Shown piece after piece: positions 1 through 13,199 of a stretch of 49,525 nucleotides of DNA. Positions within the stretch are counted from its first letter, which is position 1, and each line of letters starts with the position of its first letter. Source of the stretch: Chiloscyllium plagiosum (lineage: Eukaryota). Location: NCBI RefSeq assembly GCF_004010195.1, contig NC_057718.1:79189852-79239376 (forward strand). The letters are read 5' to 3'. The notes beneath the pieces were generated by a model. It saw nothing but the letters and a program-made list of their open reading frames with translations. It was not told the origin of the DNA and made no database searches. A program made the position numbers and the translations under genes.

Positions 1-767
1 TTCACATACCTACATGACACTAATAAATGGGACCCTAAATAAAATTAAGTATCTATATTTAAGATCAGTGAATTTTCACTTTCGAACTGCTACTAACATT
101 TGAGATATCAGTGACTTGTTAATGGAGAAATCAGAAGATGTATTTTCTTAACATCAGAGGAACAGACTGCTGACTGGGCTAAAAGAAAAATAAACGGAAA
201 CTTAAGTTTCTTTTTCACTAAAAAAGTACAGCAATAAAGTAGCCAATGTTGTCAATATTGTTCATTTGATGTGGCTCACATTCCTTTAGATGTCACAGAA
301 TTTAAACATGAGAGAATTATATTGTATTATTCTGTAGTAATAAACTCAAATTTCATTTAGTTTCTTCCATTCAATTCTGTATCATATAATCAGTGCATTC
401 TCAAAGTTTGGCATTCTAGATTCTAGTAATCAAATAGGCATTATGACAATATCTTGAGATAACAGAAGCCCTATGAGATCAGTTACTGTACTAATCAAAA
501 ACATTTTCTTACTTTTTAAAAACCAAGAGGACATCTCAAATTCTCAGACTACAAAAACAGATTAAAGGAAATGTTTAGGAGTCCACTGACTATTTCATAG
601 AAAGTCAAAGAGCACCATATGTGAGGCAAAAGTATTGAGAAGTAAAGAAATTCCAACTTCACCTTCTGAAACTTATGTTCCTTATTTTGAAGTTTGAAAT
701 ATATTAAATAATTCATCTATTTAAAATCTGCAAAGTGCATACTCCAGGTAAACTAAGCCCTTTAGAA

Positions 768-1602
768 TTTATTTACTTTACTGTTTCCCATCCCTATAAA
801 ATAATCAGCCTCCTGGAGTTGCACCATTCTCTTGATAAGCCACTCTTTCTAATGGTGCCAAAATTACACACTGGGAGAGGCACAGAGCTACAGGTCGATT
901 ATTTTCTTGCACTATGGTGAAATGCCTCATCTGCATTCATTTCACAGGAAAGATTACAGCAAGATCAGTGGTGTGCTTGGAAAGCCAGATACAAATCTAT
1001 AATTTTTGATCTGTAACTGTTATGCAACAGCAATCTGCAAGACCAGATCCACCTACTTCGCCGACAAAGCACCTTTGTTTGTCAAGGATATGATCACATA
1101 CCAAAAATATTTCAATTAGGTAATGAAAGACAATCTTGATCCAAGTAACCCTTAAAAATGACTCTGATTCAGTAAAATACAAAATGCATTTGAATTAGTT
1201 AGAAGCACAATTTTATGTTATTAGAAAAAAAGCTGAATTCTTCCATTACACCAGGTTCTCTTTTTAAAAAAAAAATTCATTTCCATTTAGATTGAAATGT
1301 CATAATATTGAAAACATCAATATGTCAGATCTCCAAGTGACACTATTGGTGTAGAATTCTGACAAAATCCAATTTCACCATTTCTTATTACTGTGCGAAT
1401 GGTTTCACACACCACATACATCACAAAAGGATACCAATCCACACTACCCTTTAGTGCGGATTCAAGGTGGCACTCTACACAGTGATCTTCACGCTAAAGA
1501 AACCGCAATTTAGGTGCAATTATCCCCTTGACCCCAGTATCTGTCAACTCATTTTCAAAAAAAAATTGCTTTGTTTGGAGGTACTGGCAGTCTCAGTGGA
1601 AA
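768..1602 (-). other. AGPAT4: AGPAT4 3' UTR (extent uncertain); candidate polyadenylation signal AATAAA at 768-773 on the minus strand
   Basis: Non-repetitive AT-rich sequence downstream of the stop codon. Plus-strand tttatt at 768-773 is AATAAA on the minus strand. The true 3' end cannot be determined from sequence alone. Confidence 0.4.
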
Positions 1603-1691
1603 TTAATTTTTTCGGTTCATATCATTGTTGCCATAGCTGGAGCCCTTTTCTATTTCTGTCATTCCGATCATCCATCGCATACCAATGGAGG
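1603..1691 (-). CDS. AGPAT4: AGPAT4 terminal coding exon (CDS part, including TAA stop)
   Basis: tctttgttttccag|CC TCC ATT GGT ATG CGA TGG ATG ATC GGA...AAA AAT TAA translates as (A)SIGMRWMIGMTEIEKGSSYGNNDMNRKN*. It matches the AGPAT4 C-terminus (ASVGVRWMIGVTEIDKGSAYGN...). The phase 1 junction G|CC gives Ala. This exon is not in the supplied ORF track. Confidence 0.93.
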
Positions 1692-1929
1692 CTGGAAAAC
1701 AAAGATAGCATTTTCAATACATAATATAGAAAAATCCAGATTATCAGTTCAATTTGCTAACAGTTCAAATACAAATTAAAAGGATGCTTGTTTGCAAATT
1801 CACAGTCCTTCATAAACAACTTAAAAATGTTTCATTAGATTCAGTTGGTCCTCAACAATCATTGGTTCATCCATACTAACATTCAAGTAGCAGTAAGTAT
1901 GCACAAAGAAGCAGGGAACAAGGAACATA

Positions 1930-2800
1930 ACTGAAAGCATAGTAGTAGTAAAACGGGCAATTATTCAAAGCACCAGAAGTAGAAAGCAAAGTTCCATAAG
2001 GCTCAGTGCTGGAACCAATGCAAAGAACATCAAATCTGGGAGTGGTAGGGAAGAATAGTCAAACCTGAAAACCACAACACTGTAACTAGGATACATTAAA
2101 CAAACGACATGAGCAAATTAATTTCAATATTGAGTAAACAGTTATATTTTGGAAGAAAAGTGTGACCACATTGTTCAGAAAGATTAATCTAAACTGGGTA
2201 AAGGAACAAAAGAGAGCACATATACACGAATCACAAAGTGGCAATGCAGTTTAATAAAGCAAACCAAATAAGTAGGATTTATTTCCAGATGGATAGAATT
2301 GAGAGAAATTATGCTTAACACGTATTGAACTTTTGCTAGTACTTGGATATAGTACACAACTTTGTTGCCAAATGGAAATAGAGGTCTCTAATATGATGCA
2401 ACAAGATTTTACAATAGTACTAATGTGAGATCATATCCATCTGGAAAAAATTCAAAATACTCTGTTTTGAACAGAGAAATCCAAGAGTGACTCAATAGAG
2501 GTCTTTCTAATAAAAAAAATTTTAAAAATTTTGATAGACTAGACATTATCTCCATTTATGTGGAAAAGCAAAAATAAGGACATCACTAGTTGATAATTAA
2601 GAACCAACCATTTTAGCCCAGAGTGTGTCGAACTAGCACAGGGGCTAGTCAAAGCACAGCTTTACAAACATATAGAAGGAAGGATTGGTAAGAATTAAGA
2701 CTGAAATAGAGGATTAAACAGTTAAAGTTTAAGAAGAGTAGAAGAAGGGTCAAATGGGGCATAAAACATTGGTAGATTAGTTCAGCCTTACAGCCGCTGT
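1930..2800 (+). mobile_element. Old CR1 LINE 3' region, heavily decayed
   Basis: gttccataaggctcagtgctggaacca (VPQGSVLGP-like), followed by CR1-like C-terminal and 3' UTR sequence (gactcaatagaggtctt, ggagaagattgg...). Confidence 0.55.
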
Positions 2801-3620
2801 ACTTATAATTTATGCAATCTAAGTTATTGAAAACAGCACCTGAATAGTTATAATTAATTCAAAATCTTAATTTTTGTATATTGGTTATGTTTCTCAATTT
2901 TCTGATAAGCTTCAAATTCGGTCTTTGGTGATTATTTTCCAAATTTCTTGATCACACATTCTACCCAAACATAAATAGGGGAAAGAAAAAAAAAATGTCA
3001 CCGCATGTCCCAACCTGGCTCAACCAAAAAGACTTTCAGGAATTGTACTCTTGTGTCACTGTGAGGCTAGTACAATTTACATCTACTTCTACAACATAGA
3101 AAAATAGTACATCTACTACACAGTGATTACCCAAACAAATTTGGATTTAAATTTGGAGCAGGCAGATATAGAGATAGATACCTCAAGGATTTCACATCCT
3201 GTTTCATTGTGTGTATTCATGCCTCAACTCGCTATATTATGTTCCCAGGCTTAAACCTAACAACTGGTTCTGTCAGGTCACGTCAGACTCATTTTCAACC
3301 TAAAGATAATACCAGTGATCCTTCATTTTGAAAAGGCAGACTTTAAAATACTTTTCTCTCCTGTTATGTACTACAAGAGTCAATTGGCTTAACTCTGTAC
3401 GTGATATCACAATATTGTTGATAGTTGCTGTGCTCAGAATGGAATATGCTAAATGGGTGAGGTAGCTAGCCTGCATTCAATTCAATTCCATTCCTGCAAC
3501 CAGGAATCAATTGGAGAGTCCCACCTACTGACAGAAGATTGGCAATTCCATCCTAGTCAGTCAGTGTTTATTGAGCTCAAATGGAATTTTAGGAACTGGG
3601 GCAACTAATTAAAAAAAAGG

Positions 3621-3721
3621 TTCTGAAGAAGGGTCACTGGATTCTAAACATTAACTCTGCTTTCTCTCCACAGATGCTGCCAGACCTGCTGTGTTTTCCC
3701 AGCAATTTCTGTTACTGTTTC
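3621..3721 (+). mobile_element. Short PLE-derived pLTR repeat (third family), decayed hammerhead motif
   Basis: ttCTGAAGAagggtcactggattctaaacattaactctg...cagatgctgccagacctgctg...agcaatttctg. Related copies at 13764-13862 and 48480-48753. Confidence 0.62.
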
Positions 3722-4859
3722 TAGAGAGATGTATAATGGTCTAAACTGCCATTTGTTTTGCAGGCAAGCAAATTCAAGTCAAATGGCCTGTGGTAATTAG
3801 AAAAATCGAATGTGCTTTTGATGGACTGTACAAGTTACATGGCTGCAGTATCTGCATGGCCATGTTTGTAAAGCACAGATTGCAGTGTCTATGCCACTGG
3901 TATAGGCATGTGAATACATATTTTAAAAATAAGGAGTCAGAATGAATAGTCAATTTTTTTCCTCAAGCTCAAAAGTAAATTGCCATCCAATTTAAACTGC
4001 TGACAATATTTACCATACCAAGGGATTACTGAAAATATACCTAAAACAGATGTTTGATGCAATGAAAAACCTTCTGCAACATGAGCAAGATCCCAAGTTA
4101 ATTTAAAACAAACTGGAGATCAGAGTGCAGGGCTGTTTTTAACGGCACACACTCAAAACCAACAAAATAGGAATAGCTCTTCATTGTTCCATATTACCAA
4201 CATTAAATTGAACCAAAGATGATTCAACATCAAGACTCCAGAAGCATAGCTATAAAATAAAAACTTTTTGAAGGAGAGAGGAATCAAATGGCAAAGCGAC
4301 TTATTAAATTCCTTAAAGTCTGGTTGTCAGCAAGTGCAGGAAGTGGGAATAAGCAGTATTCCAAGATGTGGGAACAGCAGAGTGCACAGCCTTGGACACA
4401 CAACAGGACAATTAATATAAATTAACAAGGAGAAGCATCCATAAACATCACTGTTCGATAACGACTGACCCCAAAGAGAGTTCAATAACAAGACTGATTC
4501 ATTTGCAGTTATCTTCGGGTCACCTTCCAAAACGATGATACATTATATTTCTTCAAGGTTCTTAGTTGCACAAACACTAGTTTTCAGCCAAATCAATTCA
4601 CTTAACATAAATGTTGTTAAACAGCCAAGCACACTGGATATGGCAAAGACTATGGCCCTTACAACATCTCAAAATGTAATATTAAAAGCTTATGCCCCCA
4701 AAGAGAATTGCAGTACAGTTTAAATAAGTTTGTGTAAAGTTGGATTAGATATCCTGTCCACAAAAGGTTGGACAAAATAATTGCAGTCTAACAATCTATC
4801 CTCAATAGAGGAGAAATGGAAAGTGTCAAAAGTGCAATGAAATGGCACTACTTAACTTC

Positions 4860-6600
4860 TCAATTATGCTCAGTTTGGGATCTACCAGGATCTCTCTGCC
4901 TCAGATCTCATTACTACCTTAGTCCAAACATGGATTATTGAATATGAGAGACAGTATAAGTGAGTACCTGGAGAAGTTGAGGTCTTAATCTAAAATGCCA
5001 GGTTAGACTGTTTAGCGCAAGAAACTATTTCAGTAAAAAAGGAGTCCCACCAGCAGAACAGACCCAGAAGAGGTGGCAGCAGAATGTTATACAAGGAGGG
5101 AATTGTTGTCGAATCCTCAGCAGAGAGGCTGAAGTCCCATGGCATCAGCCAAACATACCAACTACCATATGTGGTGTCCCCCTCAGCTGATGAATCATTA
5201 AGTCTGCATATTGGATACTACTTGGAGGGAAAAAAAATTACTAGGATTTGATTAAAGGTTGCCTTCATGTTACTGGCAGTCAGGAGTGATAAAGGCACAA
5301 TGTATTCTGGGAGGGGAACTTAAATATCCATCACCAAGAGCTGCTCAGTAATGGTTGTTAGTAGTGTCTAGAACTAGAGGATGTAACTGCCAAACTGGGT
5401 ACGTGGTAGGTGGTAAAAGTACATGTTGGAAAATATATACCTGATGTCACCCTCAACCTGATATTGCATGCATCTTTCCATGACAGTGAGTGCCCACTAC
5501 ACAGTCCTTATGGACGTAAAGTCCCACCTTCACAGTGAAGGGTGTTGAGTAGCACTACCACCATACTAAACAGGATAGATTTCAAACAGATCTAACAATT
5601 TTAAACTGGGCATCCACAAGGTTATCAGCAGCAGAATTGTACTCCAAAACAAACTAAAAGCTTCATGGTCCCAATCTACCAATACCAGACAGCCAGTGGA
5701 TGAAAGAAGACGACAGGAGAGCATGCCAGATGCAACACCAGGATTATCTAAAAAAAGTCTTAACCTGGTGAAGCTACGACACAGGACTCTCTTGCATGCC
5801 AAACAGCAGTGATAGATAGAATTGAATTTTGCCATAACAAACAGATCAAAATCTCAGCTCTGCCACATTCAGGCATAAAACGATACCAGATGATTAAACA
5901 ATTAATTGGACAAAGTGGTTCAACAAACATCCCCACTTTCCATAATACCAGGACCCAAACACATGAGCACAAAATAAGACTGAAGTACCTGAAACAACTT
6001 CACCCAAAAGTGCTGTGTAGATGACCCACATGGCCTCCTCTGGAGGACCTAGGATCACAGATGCCAGTCTTTAGCCAATTTAATTCACTCCAACATTCAC
6101 CGACAACATTCTGGCAACAATACTGAAGATCTGCCTTCAGTTGCCAAAGCCCAAAGCTCTCGAATTCTCTTCCTAAATCTTCCCACCTTTTCCTTCTCCT
6201 TTAAAAGGATTCCAAGTCATTGACTAAACCTGGTCATCTGCCCTAAAACGGACTCAGCATCATATTTTGTGCGATAATGTTTGTGTGAAAAACACTGAGA
6301 TGTGTTACCATGTTTAAAGTGATTTATTGATGCAACTTAGCAGACAACCATCTCAAACACTTAACCACCATGTAGAAAGTGAGCAGATACTTGTAAACAT
6401 CAACTTCAAAGTCATACATCACTGACAATATGTCTTGGAGTTTTCATTGCTGGGCCAAAAATCCTGGAACTCCCTACCCACCATGGGAGAACTTGCACCA
6501 CAGACTTCTGTGGTTCAAGGCAGACTCACCAAAATTTTTTCAAGGGCAATTAGGGATGGCCAATGATAGCTAGTCTTTTCAGCAGCATCCAAATCCTGTG
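4860..6600 (+). mobile_element. Fragments of a CR1-group (CR1/L2/Crack-like) LINE family, interrupted by an L2 3' end at ~6130-6335
   Basis: 5490-5680 aligns with 29420-29610 and 6390-6600 aligns with 30170-30415 (aaaatcctggaactccct...caagggcaattagggatgg). 6130-6335 resembles an L2 tail (gccttcagttgcc...ctctcgaattctcttcctaaa). Confidence 0.55.
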
Positions 6601-7269
6601 AATTTATTTTTTTTAAAACAGCAAGATAGGAGCAAAATGGTGAATGCTTAGCAAAAGAAATTTTGAAGTTGTAACTGTGGAAGGGGAGTAATTACGAATA
6701 AATTTGGAGGAGGTCACAAAATTGTTGCAGATCAAGTGTTTGAAGTAGATTTTTTCCCGTTACCTGAACTGCATTTCTGAATTACTAATCCAATGATAAA
6801 ACCACTATTTCACCTTATCTCCTGATTCAATTCTGGAATAATTCTGGAGGTTACATCACAAATGTTTTTCTCATCACCATCCTTGTACAGAACCTTGTTC
6901 CACCACACAGAGTATGGAGACTGTTCATTCTCAACATTAAAACAAGTTGAAAATATCTTCCCTGCTTCTTCCTTCTACCCACCTAGAATATGGATCTCAA
7001 AAGATTTAGTTTGTGGTTGTGTCCTATTATCCAGCTACTTAGTGACACTTTTACCTATGCCCCCTGTACTCCGAAATTGTTTTCCAAACCTCCTCATTCT
7101 TACTGCCAACATTTACTACCTTACTCTCATTTATAATGTAGAGTTTTTTAACAAATTAAAAAAAATTGTGGAAGTATGTTTTCCAATCTTTTATCACTGC
7201 CCTCTTCTCTATTAACCAAATTCTCAATGCGATGTTGAGCACAAGTTTTGAAAGTGCCCTTAAAAATTC

Positions 7270-7620
7270 CAGAGTTAAAAATGGATTATGTAAATAGTGA
7301 ACACAGTGTGGTTACAGCATTGATCCCTGGGGAGCACCTCTTTCTACCTTTTGCTAGTTTGAGTAACTAACTTTAATTCATTCCCTTTGTTCTGTTTTGC
7401 AACTAGCTTTGGAGTTTTTGGAGTCTCCAAAAATATTACATTCACTGCATTAACTACCTATTCTGCTACTGCAAATAATTCAGCAAAGTTGGCCAAGCAT
7501 GATCTTTTCATTGGAACTCTGCATTATGATTTAGCTTCTAATGTTTTTTGTCACATTGAGTAAGGAATCCATTATTCACTTGCCACTGGCATTAAGCTAA
7601 TCAGCTCTCAAAATTCCCTA
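7270..7620 (-). mobile_element. Old CR1 RT fragment
   Basis: taaatagtgaacacag...cagcattgatccctggggagcacc is the reverse complement of a GxPQGSML...LFTIY motif. Confidence 0.45.
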
Positions 7621-10199
7621 TATTTATTTTTTTATTTCCCATTTAAAATCCTAGAATCACACGCTATGCAGTATGGACACGTCACACAAACAAAAGCTAC
7701 AAAGTTTCTTCCATTGTTTATTGAATTATGAAGAAATGGCTACAGTAGAAGAAAAAGATATGACAAAACTTAATAGCAGCTATCTTTTTGTATTGTTTTG
7801 GTAATCTGTTAATGGGTACTTAGCAATTCAATTATGTTACTTTCTGATCAGACCAATCCCCATTCTGTTTAACCTCAACAAGATTAAATATTAATATTGT
7901 CAACATGCTTGTTACATCAATTGCTTAAGTTGTTACTTTAGTAATATTATTTTAATATCAACCAGTCAGGTGTATTTAGAGCCAACTAGCTAAACAAGAA
8001 ATAAAAGGAACACTGTTGGCCAATTTCATTCCCATTTTTACACTAACCTTTTCCTTGGCAGGTGTCCAAACTTCATATTTCATTTCTATTAACAGACAAA
8101 ACATTACCGAAATATGTACAAACTTACCAATTCAAATTTTTTGAAAGCTGGCTATTTTACCACAATAACTATTTCCTTTGTGAACAATAAAAGTTGATCA
8201 TGTGGAATTCATTTATTTACAGCACATACCCTTTTGGCGATGAACAACTGCTTCTAATCAGGTACCAACAGGAATGGGCACCAACCAGTGGAAGATTTGT
8301 TTATATAAAAACGTCATTCAAAATAATAGTTACTTGGTTCGTACAATCATCTTTCAAAGCACATGTTTACAACTGTACAGCAGAATCTGATCAATTCTAC
8401 AATGGAAATCTATAAACCAGAATGTACTGTTAGACAGGTTCATTTGCATTATGCGTTGCAAATAACAGATCACAGGAAAAACACACGACAGAGTGATTCT
8501 GACATTGCTAGATTAACATATCACAAATGGTGTTAAAGTATGTAAAGCTCAGATTCTTCCAAATCTTCAGGAGGTGTCAAGTTCTTATGCCCACTGGATC
8601 AACCTTAAGTAACATTTGGTGGGGCAGAATCTGTACACAGCTAATGACTTCAACAAAATAATTGCATAAAACATGGGGACAGATTTCTGATGGGTGGTAT
8701 CATCACAGTAGGAGATAGGAGGGAAAGGAGTTCAAGAAAAATCAGAAGTTTTCTCTCTTGTATTCTCTCACAATACACTTAACACACGATTCACCAATAT
8801 TATGATTAAATAGCATAGAGAGAGGCCTGGCAGTAACTCATACCCTAACCAATAAACTACAGTAGTTATATCAGTTAGCATTCTAGAGTGGATTAAAAGT
8901 CTAAATTAAGCTTCACATATGGAAATTATATGATACAGTCCCAGGAAATTAATCTTTGTTATTTAGAAGGCACTCGTTACTGTTGCAGATGGTCTTATTT
9001 TTTAAATCATCAATTTTCTTTCAGTTAAGAAATAATCATTGTACATAAATGCACAGCAGGTACTCCAACCCTGCACCAAAATTGCATAAAAAATGGTCAA
9101 GGCACTCAGTCTGCTAAAAAGAATCACCATGAATCCCTTTAAATTCCAAACTTCAAAAAGGAAAACAATTAAATGTAACTTTACTTTTCTCCAAAAGTAG
9201 GCTTAAATTTTATTTTTCCCCCCCATCCTGATATGTCTTCCTGCATGCAAAAAAAGAGTCCCAGCTGGGTCAAGCATGAAAATCAATTTTCTGGTAAAGA
9301 AACTAGGGTGGGGGTGGAAATTAGCAGCACATAAAAAAGGTACATTAGCATTCTCTGTCCTGTGTTGCAGTCTTATGGCAAGGACTTAAAACTGTTCAAA
9401 TTTATTAGGGTGACAGCTAAGCTCGAATGCTAGGCTTTAAAATACTAGTAGTAAAACACAATAGCATGCCTAACGCTATGTGAATTTCACTTTTCAAATA
9501 TAGATGTTGGCCCAACTAACAGCAATATTTGAGGAGATTAGAGACATAAACGCATCTTATGCTTTCAAATGTAAAAGCGTCTAGAATTCATTACCTTCAT
9601 AAACCAGAGGTTTCATCATTTTGGTGATTGCACAAGTTCAGACAAGGTAAGCTTTACCAAACTAGAACAGGTGAAAAAAATGAAATTGATTGAAAACTAC
9701 CTTTATTCTACACCATTTTCCACTACAGCATAGTGAGCTAACAAGCAAATCACACATTTTCCCAGATCTTAGCAAAGTTTATCCCTATGGACAAAGCAAA
9801 TTTTCTAAACCGCAGCAACCATGCAGCACACACATGCTTATCAATGAGACAGAAACAGTATATCATCTCACTAACCTTAAGTTGACCTACATACAGGGAG
9901 ACACAAAAGTCCTGAGGAAATCAAAAACAGCAAATCTGAGCAAACACCTAAGCATGTTATACAACAGCGAGAAGGAATCTAGTTTTTCTACTAAACACAT
10001 CAGTTTTTACGATTATTTCTTATTCAGGAACATCTGTTGGAAAGTGAAAGATTGAATGATTACAAATCCACATCCATTATTAAATAAGCTATGCTTATTT
10101 AGTCATGACTACAACAATAAAGTTATGGTTGCAGTCATGAAACGGTTCATAAATAGGTGATTTACCGAATGACTCATTTATACACATTATCTAGGGCAC

Positions 10200-10490
10200 A
10201 CTTCCAGTCCTAATCTCTGCTGTTAGTTGATCCCAGCTGAGACAGAGGTAGGAACCTTTAATTACTTAATCAAGGAGGATAAATGTTTTCATGATTCTCA
10301 TTCGTAACACTTAACAGGGTAATCCCTACTTGAAATACACACAAGTTAATTTTGAATTAATCAAGGTAAAGTTGAGCTTTCATCAGTCACCTGTGAAACA
10401 GCTTGGGTATCCACTGTGAAAGCCGAGATGAGTGATGACCACTTGCTTGAAGATACTGTAAGGGAGAGGTGGCACTGGAATTCTCTCAAA
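10200..10490 (+). mobile_element. Highly decayed ancient SINE, AmnSINE2-like (tentative)
   Basis: ctctgctgttagttgatcccagctgagacag and gatgaccacttgcttgaagatactg resemble recalled AmnSINE2-like blocks (gagttagctgatctcagc; gaatggccacttgggcgaggtac). A related head appears on the minus strand at ~21420-21487. By-eye recognition only. Confidence 0.3.
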
Positions 10491-11674
10491 ATGGCAACAT
10501 CTTGAAAAAGGCAGGAGATTGGAACCTACCAAAATCTTAACCAAATTCAGGATCCAATATGACAGTAAATGACTGCTTAGTTGTGTTATTTAACACCAGC
10601 ACTACATCCAAGGGATTATAAATTTCTACTTCAATAATTTTGAGCCCTTCAAAAGACCATAAAGAGAGAATCATAATCTTTTCAGGGTGTATGTGCAATA
10701 GCAGGTCTATCTTGCATAATCTCAGCAGAATTCCTGCAGTAGCCCAGGAACAGCCCCCAGAAATGAGCTCAAAGTCTGTGGAACAAAACATAAATAAGTG
10801 GGACTTTTGTAAGAGTAATTTGCTGTGCAAGTATGAGGTACAAGCCCAATTGACAGCCATTCTACGTGAAATCAGAGTAGCCAGATGGCATTTAATCTTT
10901 CTCCCTATCAAATCCCTAAAGGGATGGCTTTGTAAAAGAAGATGCCGCTTTTTAACTAATTGACTATAATTGAAAACTTTAGGAAAGTCAGATTTCATCT
11001 TCGATGCCAAAACACAAACCATCATAATAATAGCACACAATTATGATTATAGTTAGAGAAAAAGGCATACTTCCATTACAAGAGGGAATTTTTTTTTTAA
11101 AAAACAGCAGAGAATACAAAGGCAAAACTTATTCAAGCTTTACCACTATTTCATGCTCATCTTTCCACACCCAATCTACTAAATAAACTCATGAACATAT
11201 TGCTTTTAAGAATGAGACTAGAAAAGCTGTATTTGATGAAAATGAAATTATAGCGCATTTCCAAAAGGAGGTCATGTATGAAATAAAAGCTTTTTAAAAT
11301 TCTACATCTTTCAAAAATTAATGCAACATGTTATATTCTAAAGCTTTCAGAAAGCCCCAGTTATTCACCTACAAAGGTGAACATGTGATAACAATCTTCA
11401 AATACGTCTCTCTGCATTTTCTATTGATACTTATTTGTTGCACATTGCTCTAAAACATGACAGTTCCTCTTGGTGTTTTGCTCCAGAGAAACGGCAGCCC
11501 TCTAGTACTTCTCCCTTGATATATGCATTCCAATTAAATGTTCCATAATCTCCATTAAGAGGAGCTTTGGCCATATCCATTCATTTGCACTCTTTGGCTG
11601 CCATTCAAATTGTAAATGCATCACTTTAATTTCCATCTCATTACGTTCTCTTTTGATTTTGCCTTTCTACCCAT

Positions 11675-12887
11675 ACCTCTCCATTTCATTCTCGGGCAAC
11701 CGACTCAACACAGACATTTACTACAAACCCATCGACTCCCACAGCTACCTAGATTACACCTCCTCCCACCCTGACCCCTGTAAAAACGCCATCCCATATT
11801 CCCAATTCTTTCGCCTCTGACGCATCTGCTCCCAGGAGGACCAATTCCACTACCAAACAACCCAAATGGCCTCCTTCTTCAAAGGCCGCAATTTCCCCTC
11901 TGACGTGGTCGACGATGCTCTCCACTGCATCTCCTCCACTTCCCAGACCTCTGCCCTTGAACCCTGCCCCCTCCAATCGCCACCAGGACAGAACCCCACT
12001 GGTCCTCACCTTCCACCCCACCAACCTCTGGATACATCATAGCATCCTCCGTCATTTCCGCCACCTCCAAACAGACCCCACCACCAGGGATATATTTCCC
12101 TCCCCACCCCTATCAGCGTTCCGGAGAGACCAATCCCTCATCAGGTCCACACCCCCCACCAACCCAACCTCCACTCCCGGCACCTTCCCCTGCAACCGCA
12201 AGAAGTGCAAAACTTGCGCCCACACCTCCCCCTCACCTCCATCCAAGGACCCAATGGATCCTTCCATATCCGTCACAAATTCACCTGCACCTCCACACAC
12301 ATCATTTACTGTATCCGCTGCACCCGATGTGGTCTCTTCTACATTGGAGAGACAGGCTGCCTACTAGCGGAACGTTTCAGGGAACACCTCTGGGACAACC
12401 GCCCCAACCAACCCAACCGCCCCATAGCTGAATACTAACTCCCCCTCCCACTCCCCCAAGGACATGCAGGTCCTTGGCCTCCTCCATCACCAGACCCTGA
12501 CCACACGACGCCTGGAGGAAGAGCACCTCATCTTCCACCTAGGAACCCTCCAACCACACGGGATGAATGTAGATTTCTCCATCTTCCTCATTTCCCCTCC
12601 CCCCACCTGATCTCAGTCCCAAACCCCGGATTCAGCACCGCCCTTTGAACTGCAATTTTCTTCCTGACCTCTCCTTCCACCTATCCTATTCCCAGCGCCC
12701 CTCCCCCAAATTCCCTCCCCCCTACCTTTGTTCTCAGCCCAATTGGCACACCAGCCTCATTCCTGAAAAAGGGCTTATGCCCGAAACGTCGATTCTCCTG
12801 CTCCTCGGATGCTGCCTGGCCTACTGTGTTTATCCAGCACATTTTTCAACTCTGGTCTCCAGCATCTGCAGTCCTCAGTTTCTCCTA
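11675..12887 (+). mobile_element. Penelope-like retroelement (Neptune-type), 5'-truncated and decayed: RT C-terminus, Cys-rich linker, GIY-YIG endonuclease and 3' pLTR with hammerhead motif
   Basis: Translates as TDIYYKPIDSHSYLDYTSSHPDPCKNAIPYSQFFRL*RICS (PLE RT thumb), then PCNRKKCKTC, then FTCTSTHIIYCIRCTRCGLFYIGETGCLLAERFREHL (GIY-YIG). Contains stops and frameshifts. The 3' end carries cctgaaaaagggcttatgcccgaaacgtc. Confidence 0.88.
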
Positions 12888-13199
12888 CCTTCTCTTATCT
12901 CCAGTCTCCTCTCAGACCTTCTAATATCTCAGTACTTCAAGTTTCCTACTCTCCTGCTGCTATTCCCAAGCTTGATTTCCTTATAGATAAGCCAACAATT
13001 TCCCTGTGGCTCATGAGCACTAAAGGGAGCCATTGAGGCACTCCCCAACTATCTTATGCTTTGCTCACCAAACCTCTAAAACAGTCTGCATTTAAGAGCT
13101 GATCTTTAATCTCTAAATTACTCCTCTGCCACTTTCACTTCCTCTGATTATCTCACCCTGTTCACACACTTAAAATCAAGTTTGCCTGTCTGGACAAGT

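Noticed and set aside
10537..11040. 167-aa minus-strand ORF (and the overlapping 107-aa plus-strand ORF)
   Set aside because: No recognisable domain, non-ATG start, intronic location and composition typical of random ORFs.
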